Positions 28,521 to 40,400 of a stretch of DNA of 64,000 bases are shown one piece after another. A program made the position numbers and the translations under genes. Within the stretch, counting starts at the first letter, position 1; each line of letters begins with the position of its first letter. The notes under the pieces were generated by a model that saw nothing but the letters and a program-made list of their open reading frames with translations, was not told where the DNA came from and searched no databases. Location of the stretch: positions 138,260,001 to 138,324,000 of the forward strand of contig OZ024740.1 of NCBI GenBank assembly GCA_964016885.1. The letters run 5' to 3'. Origin of the DNA: Eledone cirrhosa (taxonomy: Eukaryota).

Positions 28521-31500
28521 TATCACTTTTCTCTCAATCTCCAATTCTCTCTTACTCTTATCACTTTTCTCTCAATCTCCAATTCTCTCTTTCTCTCATC
28601 ACTTTTCTCTCAATCACCAATTCTCTCTGTCTCTGATCACTTTACACTCAATCTCCAATTCTCTCTTTCTCTTATCACTTTTCTCTCAATCTCCAATTCT
28701 CTCTTTCTCTTATCACTTTTCTCTCAATCTCCATTTCTCTCTTTCTCTTATCACTTTTCTCTCAATCTCAAATTCTCTCTTTCTCTCATCAGTTTTCTCT
28801 CAATCTCCAATTCTCTCTTTCTCTTATCACTTTTCTCTCAATCTCCAATTCTCTCTTTCTCTTATCACTTCTCTCTCGATCTCCAATTCTCTCTTTCTCT
28901 GATCACTTTTCTCTCAATCTCCAATTCTCTCTTTCTCTTATCACTTTTCTCTCAATCTCCAATTCTCTCTTTCTCTTATCACTTTTCCCCCAATCTCCAA
29001 TTCTCTCTTTCTCTTATCACTTTTCTCTCAATCTCCAATTCTCTCTTTCTCTTATCACTTTTCTCCCAATCTCCAATTCTCTCTGTTTCTTATCACTTTT
29101 CTCTCAATCTCCAATTCTCTCTTTCTCTTATCACTTTTCTCTCAATATCCAATTCTCTCTTTCTCTTATCACTTTTCTCTTAATCTCCAATTCTCTCTTT
29201 CTCTTATCACTTTTCTCCCAATCTCCAATTCTCTCTGTTTCTTATCACTTTTCTCTCAATCTCCAATTCTCTCTTTCTCTTATCACTTTTCTCTCAATCT
29301 CCAATTCTCTCTTTCTCTTATCACTTTTCTCTCAATCTCCAATTCTCTCTTTCTCTTATCACTTTTCTCTCAATCACCAATTCTCTCTGTCTCTTATCAC
29401 TTTTCTCTCAATCTCCAAATCTCTCTTTCTCTTATCACTTTTCTCTCAATCTCCAATTCTCTCTTACTCTTATCACTTTTCTCTCAATCTCCAATTTTCT
29501 CTTTCTCTCATCACTTTTCTCTCAATCTCCAATTCTCTCTTTCTCTTATCACTTTTCTCTCAATCTCCAATACTCTCTTTCTCTTATCACTTTTCTCACA
29601 ATCTCCAATTCTCTCTTTCTCTTATCACTTTTCTCTCAAGCTCCAATTCTCTCTTTCTCTTATCACTTTTCTCTCAATCTCCAATTCTCTCTTTCTCTTA
29701 ACACTTTTCTCTCAACCTCCCATTCTCTCTTTCTCTTATGACTTTTCTCTCAATCACCAATTCTCTCTGTCTCTTATCACTTTTCTCTCAATCACCAATT
29801 CTCTCTGTCTCTTATCACTTTTCTCTCAATCTCCAAATCTCTCTTTCTCTTATCACTTTTCTCTCAATCTCCAATTCTCTCTTTCTCTTATGACTTTTCT
29901 CTCAATCTCCAATTCTCTCTTTCTCTTATCACTTTTCTCACAATCTCCAATTCTCTCTTTCTCTTATCACTTTTCTCTCAATCTCCAATTTTCTCTTTCT
30001 CTTATCACATTTCTCTCAGTATCCACTTCTCTCTTTCTCTTATCACTTTTCTCTCAACCTCCCATTCTCTCTTTCTCTTATGACTTTTCTCTCAATCACC
30101 AATTCTCTCTGTCTCTTATCACTTTTCTCTCAATCACCAATTCTCTCTGTCTCATATCACTTTTCTCTCAATCTCCAAACCTCTCTTTCTCTTATCACTT
30201 TTCTCTCAATCTCCAATTCTCTCTTTCTCTTATCACTTTTCCCTCAATCTCCAATTCTCTCTTTCTCTTATCACTTTTCTCTCAATCACCAATTCTCTCT
30301 GTCTCTTATCACTTTTCTCTCAATCTCCAATTCTCTCTTTCTCTTATCACTTTTCTCTCAATCTCCAATTCTCTCTTACTCTTATCACTTTTCTCTCAAT
30401 CTCCAATTCTTTCTTTCTCTCATTACTTTTCTCTCAATCTCCAATTCTCTCTTTCTCTTATCACTTTTCTCTCAATCTCCAATTCTCTCTTTCTCTTATC
30501 ACTTTTCTCTCAATCTCCAATTCTCTCTTTCTCTTATCACTTTTCTCTCAATCTCCAATTCTCTCTTTCTCTTATCACTTTTCTATCAATCTCCAATTCT
30601 CTCTTTCTCTGATCACTTTTCTCTCAATCTCCAATTCTCTCTTTCTCTTATCACTTTTCTCTCAATCTCCAATTCTCTCTTTCTCTTATCACTTTTCTCT
30701 CAATCTCCAATTCTCTCTTTCTCTTATCACTTTTCTCTCAATCTCCAATTCTCTCTTTCTCTTATCACTTTTCTCTCAATCTCCAATTCTCTCTTTCTCT
30801 TATCACTTTTCTCTCAATCTCCAATTCTCTCTTTCTCTTATCACTTTTCTCTCAATCTCCAATTCTCTCTTTCTCTTATCACTTTTCTCTCAATCTCCAA
30901 TTCTCTCTTACTCTTATCACTTTTCTCTCAATCTCCAATTTTCTCTTTCTCTCATCACTTTTCTCTCAATCTCCAATTCTCTCTTTCTCTTATCACTTTT
31001 CTCTCAATCTCCAATTCTCTCTTTCTCTTATCACTTTTCTCTCAATCTCCAATTCTCTCTTTCTCTTATCACTTTTCTCTTAATCTCCAATTCTCTCTTT
31101 CTCTTATCACTTTTCTCCCACCTCCAATTCTCTCTGTTTCTTATCACTTTTCTCTCAATCTCCAATTCTCTCTTTCTCTTATCACTTTTCTCTCAATCTC
31201 CAATTCTCTCGTTTTCCTATCACTTTGCCTTCAATGTCCAATTCTCTCTTTCTCTTATCACTTTTCTCTCAATCTCCAATCCTCTCTTTCTCTTATCACT
31301 TTTCTCTCAATCTCCAAATCTTTCTGTTTCTTATCACTTTTCTCTCAATCTCCAATTCTCTCTCCCTGTTATCACTTTCCCCCCCAATCTCCCATTCTCT
31401 CTCTCTCATATCACTTTTCTCTCAATCGCCAATTTTCTCTTTCTCTTATCACATTTCTCTCAATCTCCACTTCTCTCTTTCTCTTATCACTTTTCTCTCA

Positions 31501-32899
31501 ACCTCCCATTCTCTCTTTCTCTTATGACTTTTCTCTCAATCACCAATTCTCTCTGTCTCTTATCACTTTTCTCTCAATCACCAATTCTCTCTGTCTCTTA
31601 TCACTTTTCTCTCAATCTCCAAATCTCTCTTTCTCTTATCACTTTTCTCTCAATCTCCAATTCTCTCTTACTCTTATCACTTTTCTCTCAATCTCCAATT
31701 TTCTCTTTCTCTCATCACTTTTCTCTCAATCTCCAATTCTCTCTTTCTCTTATCACTTTTCTCTCAATCTCCAATTCTCTCTTTCTCTTATCACTTTTCT
31801 CTCAATCTCCAATTCTCTCTTTCTCTTATCACTTTTCTCTCAATCTCCAATTCTCTCTTTCTCTTATCACTTTTCTCTCAATCTCCAATTCTCTCTTTCT
31901 CTTATCACTTTTCCCTCAATCTCCAATTCTCTCTTTCTCTTATCACTTTTCTCTCAATCTCCAATTCTCTCTTTCTCTTATCACTCTTCTCTCAATCTCC
32001 AATTCTCTCTTTCTCTTATCACTCTTCTCTCAATCTCCAATTCTCTCTTTCTCTTATCTCTTTTCTCTCAATCTCCAATTCTCCCTTTCTCTTATCACTT
32101 TTCTCTCAATCTCCAATTCTCTCTTTCTCATATCACTTTTCTCTCAATCTCCAATTTTCTCTTTCTCTTATCACATTTCTCTCAATCTCCAATTCTCTCT
32201 TTCTCTTATCACTTTTCCCTCAATCTCCAATTCTCTCTTTCTCTTATCACTTTTCTCTCAATCTCCAATTCTCTCTTTCTCTTATCACTTTTCTCTCAAT
32301 CTCCAATTCTCTCTTACTCTTATCACTTTTCTCTCAATCTCCAATTCTTTCTTTCTCTCATTACTTTTCTCTCAATCTCCAATTCTCTCTTTGTCTTATC
32401 ACTTTTCTCTCAATCTCCAATTCTCTCTTTCTCTTATCACTTTTCTCTCAATCTCCAATTCTCTCTTTCTCTTATCACTTTTCTCTCAATCTCCAATTCT
32501 CTCTTTCTCTTATCACTTTTCTATCAATCTCCAATTCTCTCTTTCTCTGATCACTTTTCTCTCAATCTCCAATTCTCTCTTTCTCTTATCACTTTTCTCT
32601 CAATCTCCAATTCTCTCTTTCTCTTATCACTTTTCTCTCAATCTCCAATTCTCTCTTTCTCTTATCACTTTTCTCTCAATCTCCAATTCTCTCTTTCTCT
32701 TATCACTTTTCTCTCAATCTCCAATTCTCTCTTTCTCTTATCACTTTTCTCTCAATCTCCAATTCTCTCTTTCTCTTATCACTTTTCTATCAATCTCCAA
32801 TTCTCTCTTTCTCTGATCACTTTTCTCTCAATCTCCAATTCTCTCTTTCTCTTATCACTTTTCTCTCAATCTCCAATTCTCTCTATCTCTTATCACTTT

Positions 32900-35800
32900 T
32901 CTCTCAATCTCCAATTCTCTCTTTCTCCTATCACTTTTCTCTCAATCTCCAATTCTCCCTTTCTCTTATCACTTTTCTCTCAATCTCCAATTCTCTCTTT
33001 TTCTTATCACTTTTCTCTCAATCTCTAATTCTCTCTGTTTCTTATCACTTTTCTCTCAATCTCATATTCTCTCTTTCTCTTATTACTTTTCTCTCAATCT
33101 CCAATTCTCTCTTTCTCATATCACTTTTCTCTCAATTTCCAATTTTCTCTTTCTCTTATCACATTTCTCTCAATCTCCACTTCTCTCTTTCTCTTATCAC
33201 TTTTCTCTCAATCTCCCATTCTCTCTTTGTCTTATGACTTTTCTCTCAATCACCAATTCTCTCTGTCTCTTATCACTTTTCTCTCAATCTCCAATTCTCT
33301 CTTTCTCTTATCACTTTTCTCTCAATCTCCAATTCTCTCTTTCTCTTATCACTTTCCCTCAATCTCCAATTCTCTCTTTCTCTTATCACTTTTCTCTCAA
33401 TCTCCAATTCTCTCTTTCTCTTATGACTTTTCTCTCAATCACCAATTCTCTCTGTCTCTTATCACTTTTCTCTCAATCTCCCATTCTCTCTTTCTCTTAT
33501 CACTTTTCTCTCAATCTCCAATTCTCTCTTACTCTTATCACTTTTCTCTCAATCTCCAATTCTCTCTTTCTCTCATCACTTTTCTCTCAATCTCCAATTC
33601 TCTTTTTCTCTTATCACTTTTCTCTCAATCTCCAATTCTCTCTTTCTCTTATCACTTTTCTCTCAATCTCCAATTCTCTCTTTCTCTTATCACTTTTCTC
33701 TCAATCTCCAATTCTCTCTTTCTCTTATCACTTTTCTCTCAATCTCCAATTCTCTCTTCCTCTTATCACTTTTCTCTCAATCTCCAATTCTCTCTTTCTC
33801 TTATCACTTTTCTCTCAATCTCCAATTCTCTCTTTCTCTGATCACTTTTCTCTCAATCTCCAATTCTCTCTTTCTCTTATCACTTTTCTCTCAATCTCCA
33901 ATTCTCTCTTTCTCTTATCACTTTTCCCCCAATCTCCAATTCTCTCTTTCTCTTATCACTTTTCTCTCAATCTCCAATTCTCTCTTTCTCTTATCACTTT
34001 TCTCTCAATCTCCAATTCTCTCTTTCTCTTATCACTTTTCTCTCAATCTCCAATTCTCTCTTTCTCTTATCACTTTTCTCTCAATCTCCAATTCTCTCTT
34101 TCTCTGATCACTTTTCTCTCAATCTCCAATTCTCTCTTTCTCTTATCACTTTTCTCTCAATCTCCAATTCTCTCTTTCTCTTATCACTTTTCTCTCAATC
34201 TCCAATTCTCTCTTTCTCCTATCACTTTTCTCTCAATCTCCAATTCTCCCTTTCTCTTATAACTTTTCTCTCAATCTCCAATTCTCTCTTTTTCTTATCA
34301 CTTTTCTCTCAATCTCTAATTCTCTCTGTTTCTTATCACTTTTCTCTCAATCTCATATTCTCTCTTTCTCTTATTACTTTTCTCTCAATCTCCAATTCTC
34401 TCTTTCTCATATCACTTTTCTCTCAATTTCCAATTTTCTCTTTCTCTTATCACATTTCTCTCAATCTCCACTTCTCTCTTTCTCTTATCACTTTTCTCTC
34501 AATCTCCCATTCTCTCTTTGTCTTATGACTTTTCTCTCAATCACCAATTCTCTCTGTCTCTTATCACTTTTCTCTCAATCTCCAATTCTCTCTTTCTCTT
34601 ATCACTTTTCTCTCAATCTCCAATTCTCTCTTTCTCTTATCACTTTTCCCTCAATCTCCAATTCTCTCTTTCTCTTATCACTTTTCTCTCAATCTCCAAT
34701 TCTCTCTTTCTCTTATGACTTTTCTCTCAATCACCAATTCTCTCTGTCTCTTATCACTTTTCTCTCAATCTCCCATTCTCTCTTTCTCTTATCACTTTTC
34801 TCTCAATCTCCAATTCTCTCTTACTCTTATCACTTTTCTCTCAATCTCCAATTCTCTCTTTCTCTCATCACTTTTCTCTCAATCTCCAATTCTCTTTTTC
34901 TCTTATCACTTTTCTCTCAATCTCCAATTCTCTCTTTCTCTTATCACTTTTCTCTCAATCTCCAATTCTCTCTTTCTCTTATCACTTTTCTCTCAATCTC
35001 CAATTCTCTCTTTCTCTGATCACTTTTCTCTCAATCTCCAATTCTCTCTTTCTCTTATCACTTTTCTCTCAATCTCCAATTCTCTCTTTCTCTTATCACT
35101 TTTCCCCCAATCTCCAATTCTCTCTTTCTCTTATCACTTTTCTCTCAATCTCCAATTCTCTCTTTCTCTTATCACTTTTCTCCCAATCTCCAATTCTCTC
35201 TGTTTCTCATCACTTTTCTCTCAATCTCCAATTCTCTCTTTCTCTTATCACTTTTCTCTCAATCTCCAATTCTCTCTTTCTCTTATCACTTTTCTCTCAA
35301 TCTCCAATTCTCACTTTCTCTTATCACTTTTCTTCCAATCTCCAATTCTCTCTGTTTCTTATCACTTTTCTCTCAATCTCCAATTCTCTCTTTCTCTTAT
35401 CACTTTTCTCTCAATCTCCAATTCTCTCTTTCTCTTATCACTTTTCTCTCAATCTCCAATTCACTCTCTCTTATCACTTTCTCTCTCAATCTCCAATTCT
35501 CTCTTTTTCCTATCACTTTGCCTTCAATCTCCAATTCTCTCTTTCTCTTATCACTTTTCTCTCAATCTCCAATTCTCTCTTTCTCTTATCACTTCTCTCT
35601 CAATCTCCAATTCTCTCTTTCTCTTATCACTTTTCTCTCAATCTCCAGTCCTCTCTTTCTCTTATCACTTTTCTCTCAATCTCCAAATCTCTCTGTTTCT
35701 TACCACTTCTCTCTCAATCTCCAATTCTCTCTCCTTGTTATCACTTTTCCCCCAATCTCCCATTCTCTCTCTCTCATATCACTTTTCTCTCAATCTCCAA

Positions 35801-37450
35801 TTTTCTCTTTCTCTTATCACATTTCTCTCAATCTCCACTTCTCTCTTTCTCTTATAACTTTTCTCTTAATCTCCAATTCTCTGTTTCTCTTATCACTTTT
35901 CTCTCAATCTCCAATTCTCTCTTTCTCTTATCACTTTTCTCTCAATATCCAATTCTCTCTTTCTCTTATCACTTTTCTCTCAATCTCCAATTCTCTCTTT
36001 CTCTTATCACTTTTCGCTCAATCTCCAATTCTCTCTTCCTCTTATCACTTTTCTCTCAATCTCCAATTCTCTCTTTCTCTTATCACTTTTCTCTCAATCT
36101 CCAATTCTCTCTTTCTCTGATCACTTTTCTCTCAATCTCCAATTCTCTCTTTCTCTTATCACTTTTCTCTCAATCTCCAATTCTCTCTTTCTCTTATCAC
36201 TTTTCCCCCAATCTCCAATTCTCTCTTTCTCTTATCACTTTTCTCTCAATCTCCAATTCTCTCTTTCTCTTATCACTTTTCTCTCAATCTCCAATTCTCT
36301 CTTTCTCTTATCACTTTTCTCTCAATCTCCAATTCTCTCTTTCTCTTATCACTTTTCTCTCAATCTCCAATTCTCTCTTTCTCTGATCACTTTTCTCTCA
36401 ATCTCCAATTCTCTCTTTCTCTTATCACTTTTCTCTCAATCTCCAATTCTCTCTTTCTCTTATCACTTTTCTCTCAATCTCCAATTCTCTCTTTCTCCTA
36501 TCACTTTTCTCTCAATCTCCAATTCTCCCTTTCTCTTATAACTTTTCTCTCAATCTCCAATTCTCTCTTTTTCTTATCACTTTTCTCTCAATCTCTAATT
36601 CTCTCTGTTTCTTATCACTTTTCTCTCAATCTCATATTCTCTCTTTCTCTTATTACTTTTCTCTCAATCTCCAATTCTCTCTTTCTCATATCACTTTTCT
36701 CTCAATTTCCAATTTTCTCTTTCTCTTATCACATTTCTCTCAATCTCCACTTCTCTCTTTCTCTTATCACTTTTCTCTCAATCTCCCATTCTCTCTTTGT
36801 CTTATGACTTTTCTCTCAATCACCAATTCTCTCTGTCTCTTATCACTTTTCTCTCAATCTCCAATTCTCTCTTTCTCTTATCACTTTTCTCTCAATCTCC
36901 AATTCTCTCTTTCTCTTATCACTTTTCCCTCAATCTCCAATTCTCTCTTTCTCTTATCACTTTTCTCTCAATCTCCAATTCTCTCTTTCTCTTATGACTT
37001 TTCTCTCAATCACCAATTCTCTCTGTCTCTTATCACTTTTCTCTCAATCTCCCATTCTCTCTTTCTCTTATCACTTTTCTCTCAATCTCCAATTCTCTCT
37101 TACTCTTATCACTTTTCTCTCAATCTTCAATTCTCTCTTTCTCTCATCACTTTTCTCTCAATCTCCAATTCTCTTTTTCTCTTATCACTTTTCTCTCAAT
37201 CTCCAATTCTCTCTTTCTCTTATCACTTTTCTCTCAATCTCCAATTCTCTCTTTCTCTTATCACTTTTCTCTCAATCTCCAATTCTCTCTTTCTCTTATC
37301 ACTTTTCTCTCAATCTCCAATCCTCTCTTCCTCTTATCACTTTTCTCTCAATCTCCAATTCTCTCTTTCTCTTATCACTTTTCTCTCAATCTCCAATTCT
37401 CTCTTTCTCTGATCACTTTTCTCTCAATCTCCAATTCTCTCTTTCTCTTA
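32900..37450 (+). repeat. Three related higher-order copies marked by aatttcc / ttgtcttatgac
   Basis: Marker ttgtcttatgac at 33227, 34518 and 36797. Spacings are 1,291 (34x38-1) and 2,279 (60x38-1). Confidence 0.8.
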
Positions 37451-40400
37451 TCACTTTTCTCTCAATCTCCAATTCTCTCTTTCTCTTATCACTTTTCTCT
37501 CAATCTCCAATTCTCTCTCTCTCTCTTATCACTTTCTCTCTCAATCTCCAATTCTCTCTTTTTCCTATCACTTTGCCTTCAATCTCCAATTCTCTCTTTC
37601 TCTTATCACTTTTCTCTCAATCTCCAATTCTCTCTTTCTCTTATCACTTTTCTCTCAATCTCCAATTCTCTCTTTCTCTTATCACTTTTCTCTCAATCTC
37701 CAATCCTCTCTTTCTCTCATCACTTTTCTCTCAATCTCCAAATCTCTCTGTTTCTTATCACTTTTCTCTCAATCTCCAATTCTCTCTCCCTGTTATCACT
37801 TTTCCCCCAATCTCCCATTCTCTCTCTCTCATATCACTTTTCTCTCAAGCTCCAATCTTCTCTTTCTCTTATCACATTTCTCTCAATCTCCACTTCTCTC
37901 TTTCTCTTATCACTTTTCTCTCAACCTCCCATTCTCTCTTTCTCTTATGACTTTTCTCTCAATCACCAATTCTCTCTGTCTCTTATCACTTTTCTCTCAA
38001 TCACCAATTCTCTCTGTCTCTTATCACTTTTCTCTCAATCTCCAAATCTCTCTTTCTCTTATCACTTTTCTCTCAATCTCCAATTCTCTCTTACTCTTAT
38101 CACTTTTCTCTCAATCTCCAATTCTCTCTTTCTCTTATCACTTTTCTCTCAATCTCCAATTCTCTCTTTCTCTTATCACTTTTCTGTCAATCTCCAATTC
38201 TCTCTCTCTCTTATCACTTTTCTCTCAATCTCCAATTCTCTCTTTCTCTTATCACTTTTCTCTCAATCTCCAATTCTCTCTTTCTCTTATCACTTTTCTC
38301 TCAATCTCCAATTCTCTCTTTCTCTTATCACTTTTCTCTCAATCTCCAATTCTCTCTTTCTCTTATCACTTTTCTCTCAATCTCCAATTCTCCCTTTCTC
38401 TTATCACTTTTCTCTCACTCTCCAATTCTCTCTTTTTCTTATCACTTTTCTCTCAATCTCTAATTCTCTCTGTTTCTTATAACTTTTCTCTCAATCTCAT
38501 ATTCTCTCTTTCTCTTATTACTTTTCTCTCAATCTCCAATTCTCTCTTTCTCATATCACTTTTCTCTCAATCTCCAATTTTCTCTTTCTCTTATCAGATT
38601 TCTCTCAATCTCCACATCTATCTTTCTCTTATCACTTTTCTCTCAACCTCCCATTCTCTCTTTCTCTTATGACTTTTCTCTCAATCACCAATTCTCTCTG
38701 TATCTTATCACTTTTCTCTCAATCACCAATTCTCTCTGTCTCATATCACTTTTCTCTCAATCTCATATTCTCTCTTTCTCTTATTACTTTTCTCTCAATC
38801 TCCAATTCTCTCTTTCTCATATCACTTTTCTCTCAATCTCCAATTTTCTCTTTCTCTTATCACATTTCTCTCAATCTCCACTTCTCTCTTTCTCTTATCA
38901 CTTTTCTCTCAAACTCCCATTCTCTCTTTCTCTTATGACTTTTGTCTCAATCACCAATTCTCTCTTTCTCTTATCACTTTTCCCTCAATCTCCAATTCTC
39001 TCTTTCTCTTATCACTTTTCTCTCAATCTCCAATTCTCTCTTTCTCTTATGACTTTTCTCTCAATCACCAATTCTCTCTGTCTCTTATCACCTTTCTCTC
39101 AATCTCCAATTCTCTCTTTCTCTTATCACTTTTCTCTCAATCTCCAATTCTCTCTTACTCTTATCACTTTTCTCTCAATCTCCAATTCTCTCTTTCTCTC
39201 ATCACTTTTCTCTCAATCTCCAATTCTCTTTTTCTCTTATCACTTTTCTCTCAATCTCCAATTCTCTCTTTCTCTTATCACTTTTCTCTCAATCTCCAAT
39301 TCACTCTTTCTCTTATCACTTTTCTCTAAATCTCCAATTCTCTCTTTCTCTTATCACTTTTCTCTCAATCTCCAATTCTCTCTTTCTCTTATCACTTTTC
39401 TCTCAATCTCCAATTCTCTCTTTCTCTTATCACTTTTCTCTCAATCTCCAATTCTCTCTTTCTCTTATCACTTTTCTCTCAATCTCCAATTGTCTCTTTC
39501 TCTTATCACTTTTCCCCCAATCTCCAATTCTCTCTTTCTCTTATCACTTTTCTCTCAATCTCCAATTCTCTCTTTCTCTTATCACTTTTCTCCCAATCTC
39601 CAATTCTCTCTGTTTCTTATCACTTTTCTCTCAATCTCCAATTCTCTCTTACTCTTATCACTTTTCTCTCAATCTCCAATTCTCTCTTTCTCTTATCACT
39701 TTTCTCTCAATCTCCAATCCTCTCTTTCTCTTATCACTTTTCTCTCAATCTCCAATTCTCTCTCTCTCTTATCACTTTCTCTCTCAATCTCCAATTCTCT
39801 CTTTTTCCTATCACTTTGCCTTCAATCTCCAATTCTCTCTTTCTCTTATCACTTTTCTCTCAATCTCCAATTCTCTCTTTCTCTTATCACTTTTCTCTCA
39901 ATCTCCAATTCTCTCTTTCTCTTATCACTTTTCTCTCAATCTCCAATCCTCTCTTTCTCTCATAACTTTTCTCTCAATCTCCAAATCTCTCTGTTTCTTA
40001 TCACTTTTCTCTCAATCTCCAATTCTCTCTCCCTGTTATCACTTTTCCCCCAATCTCCCATTCTCTCTCTCTCATATCACTTTTCTCTCAATCTCCAATT
40101 TTCTCTTTCTCTTATCACATTTCTCTCAATTTCCACTTCTCTCTTTCTCTTATCACTTTTCTCTCAACCTCCCATTCTCTCTTTCTCTTATGACTTTTCT
40201 CTCAATCACCAATTCTCTCTGTCTCTTATCACTTTTCTTTCAATCACCAATTCTCTCTGTCTCTTATCACTTTTCTCTCAATCTCCAAATCTCTCTTTCT
40301 CTTATCACTTTTCTCACAATCTCCAATTCTCTCTTACTCTTATCACTTTTCTCTCAATCTCCAATTCTCTCTTTCTCTTATCACTTTTCTCTCAATCTCC

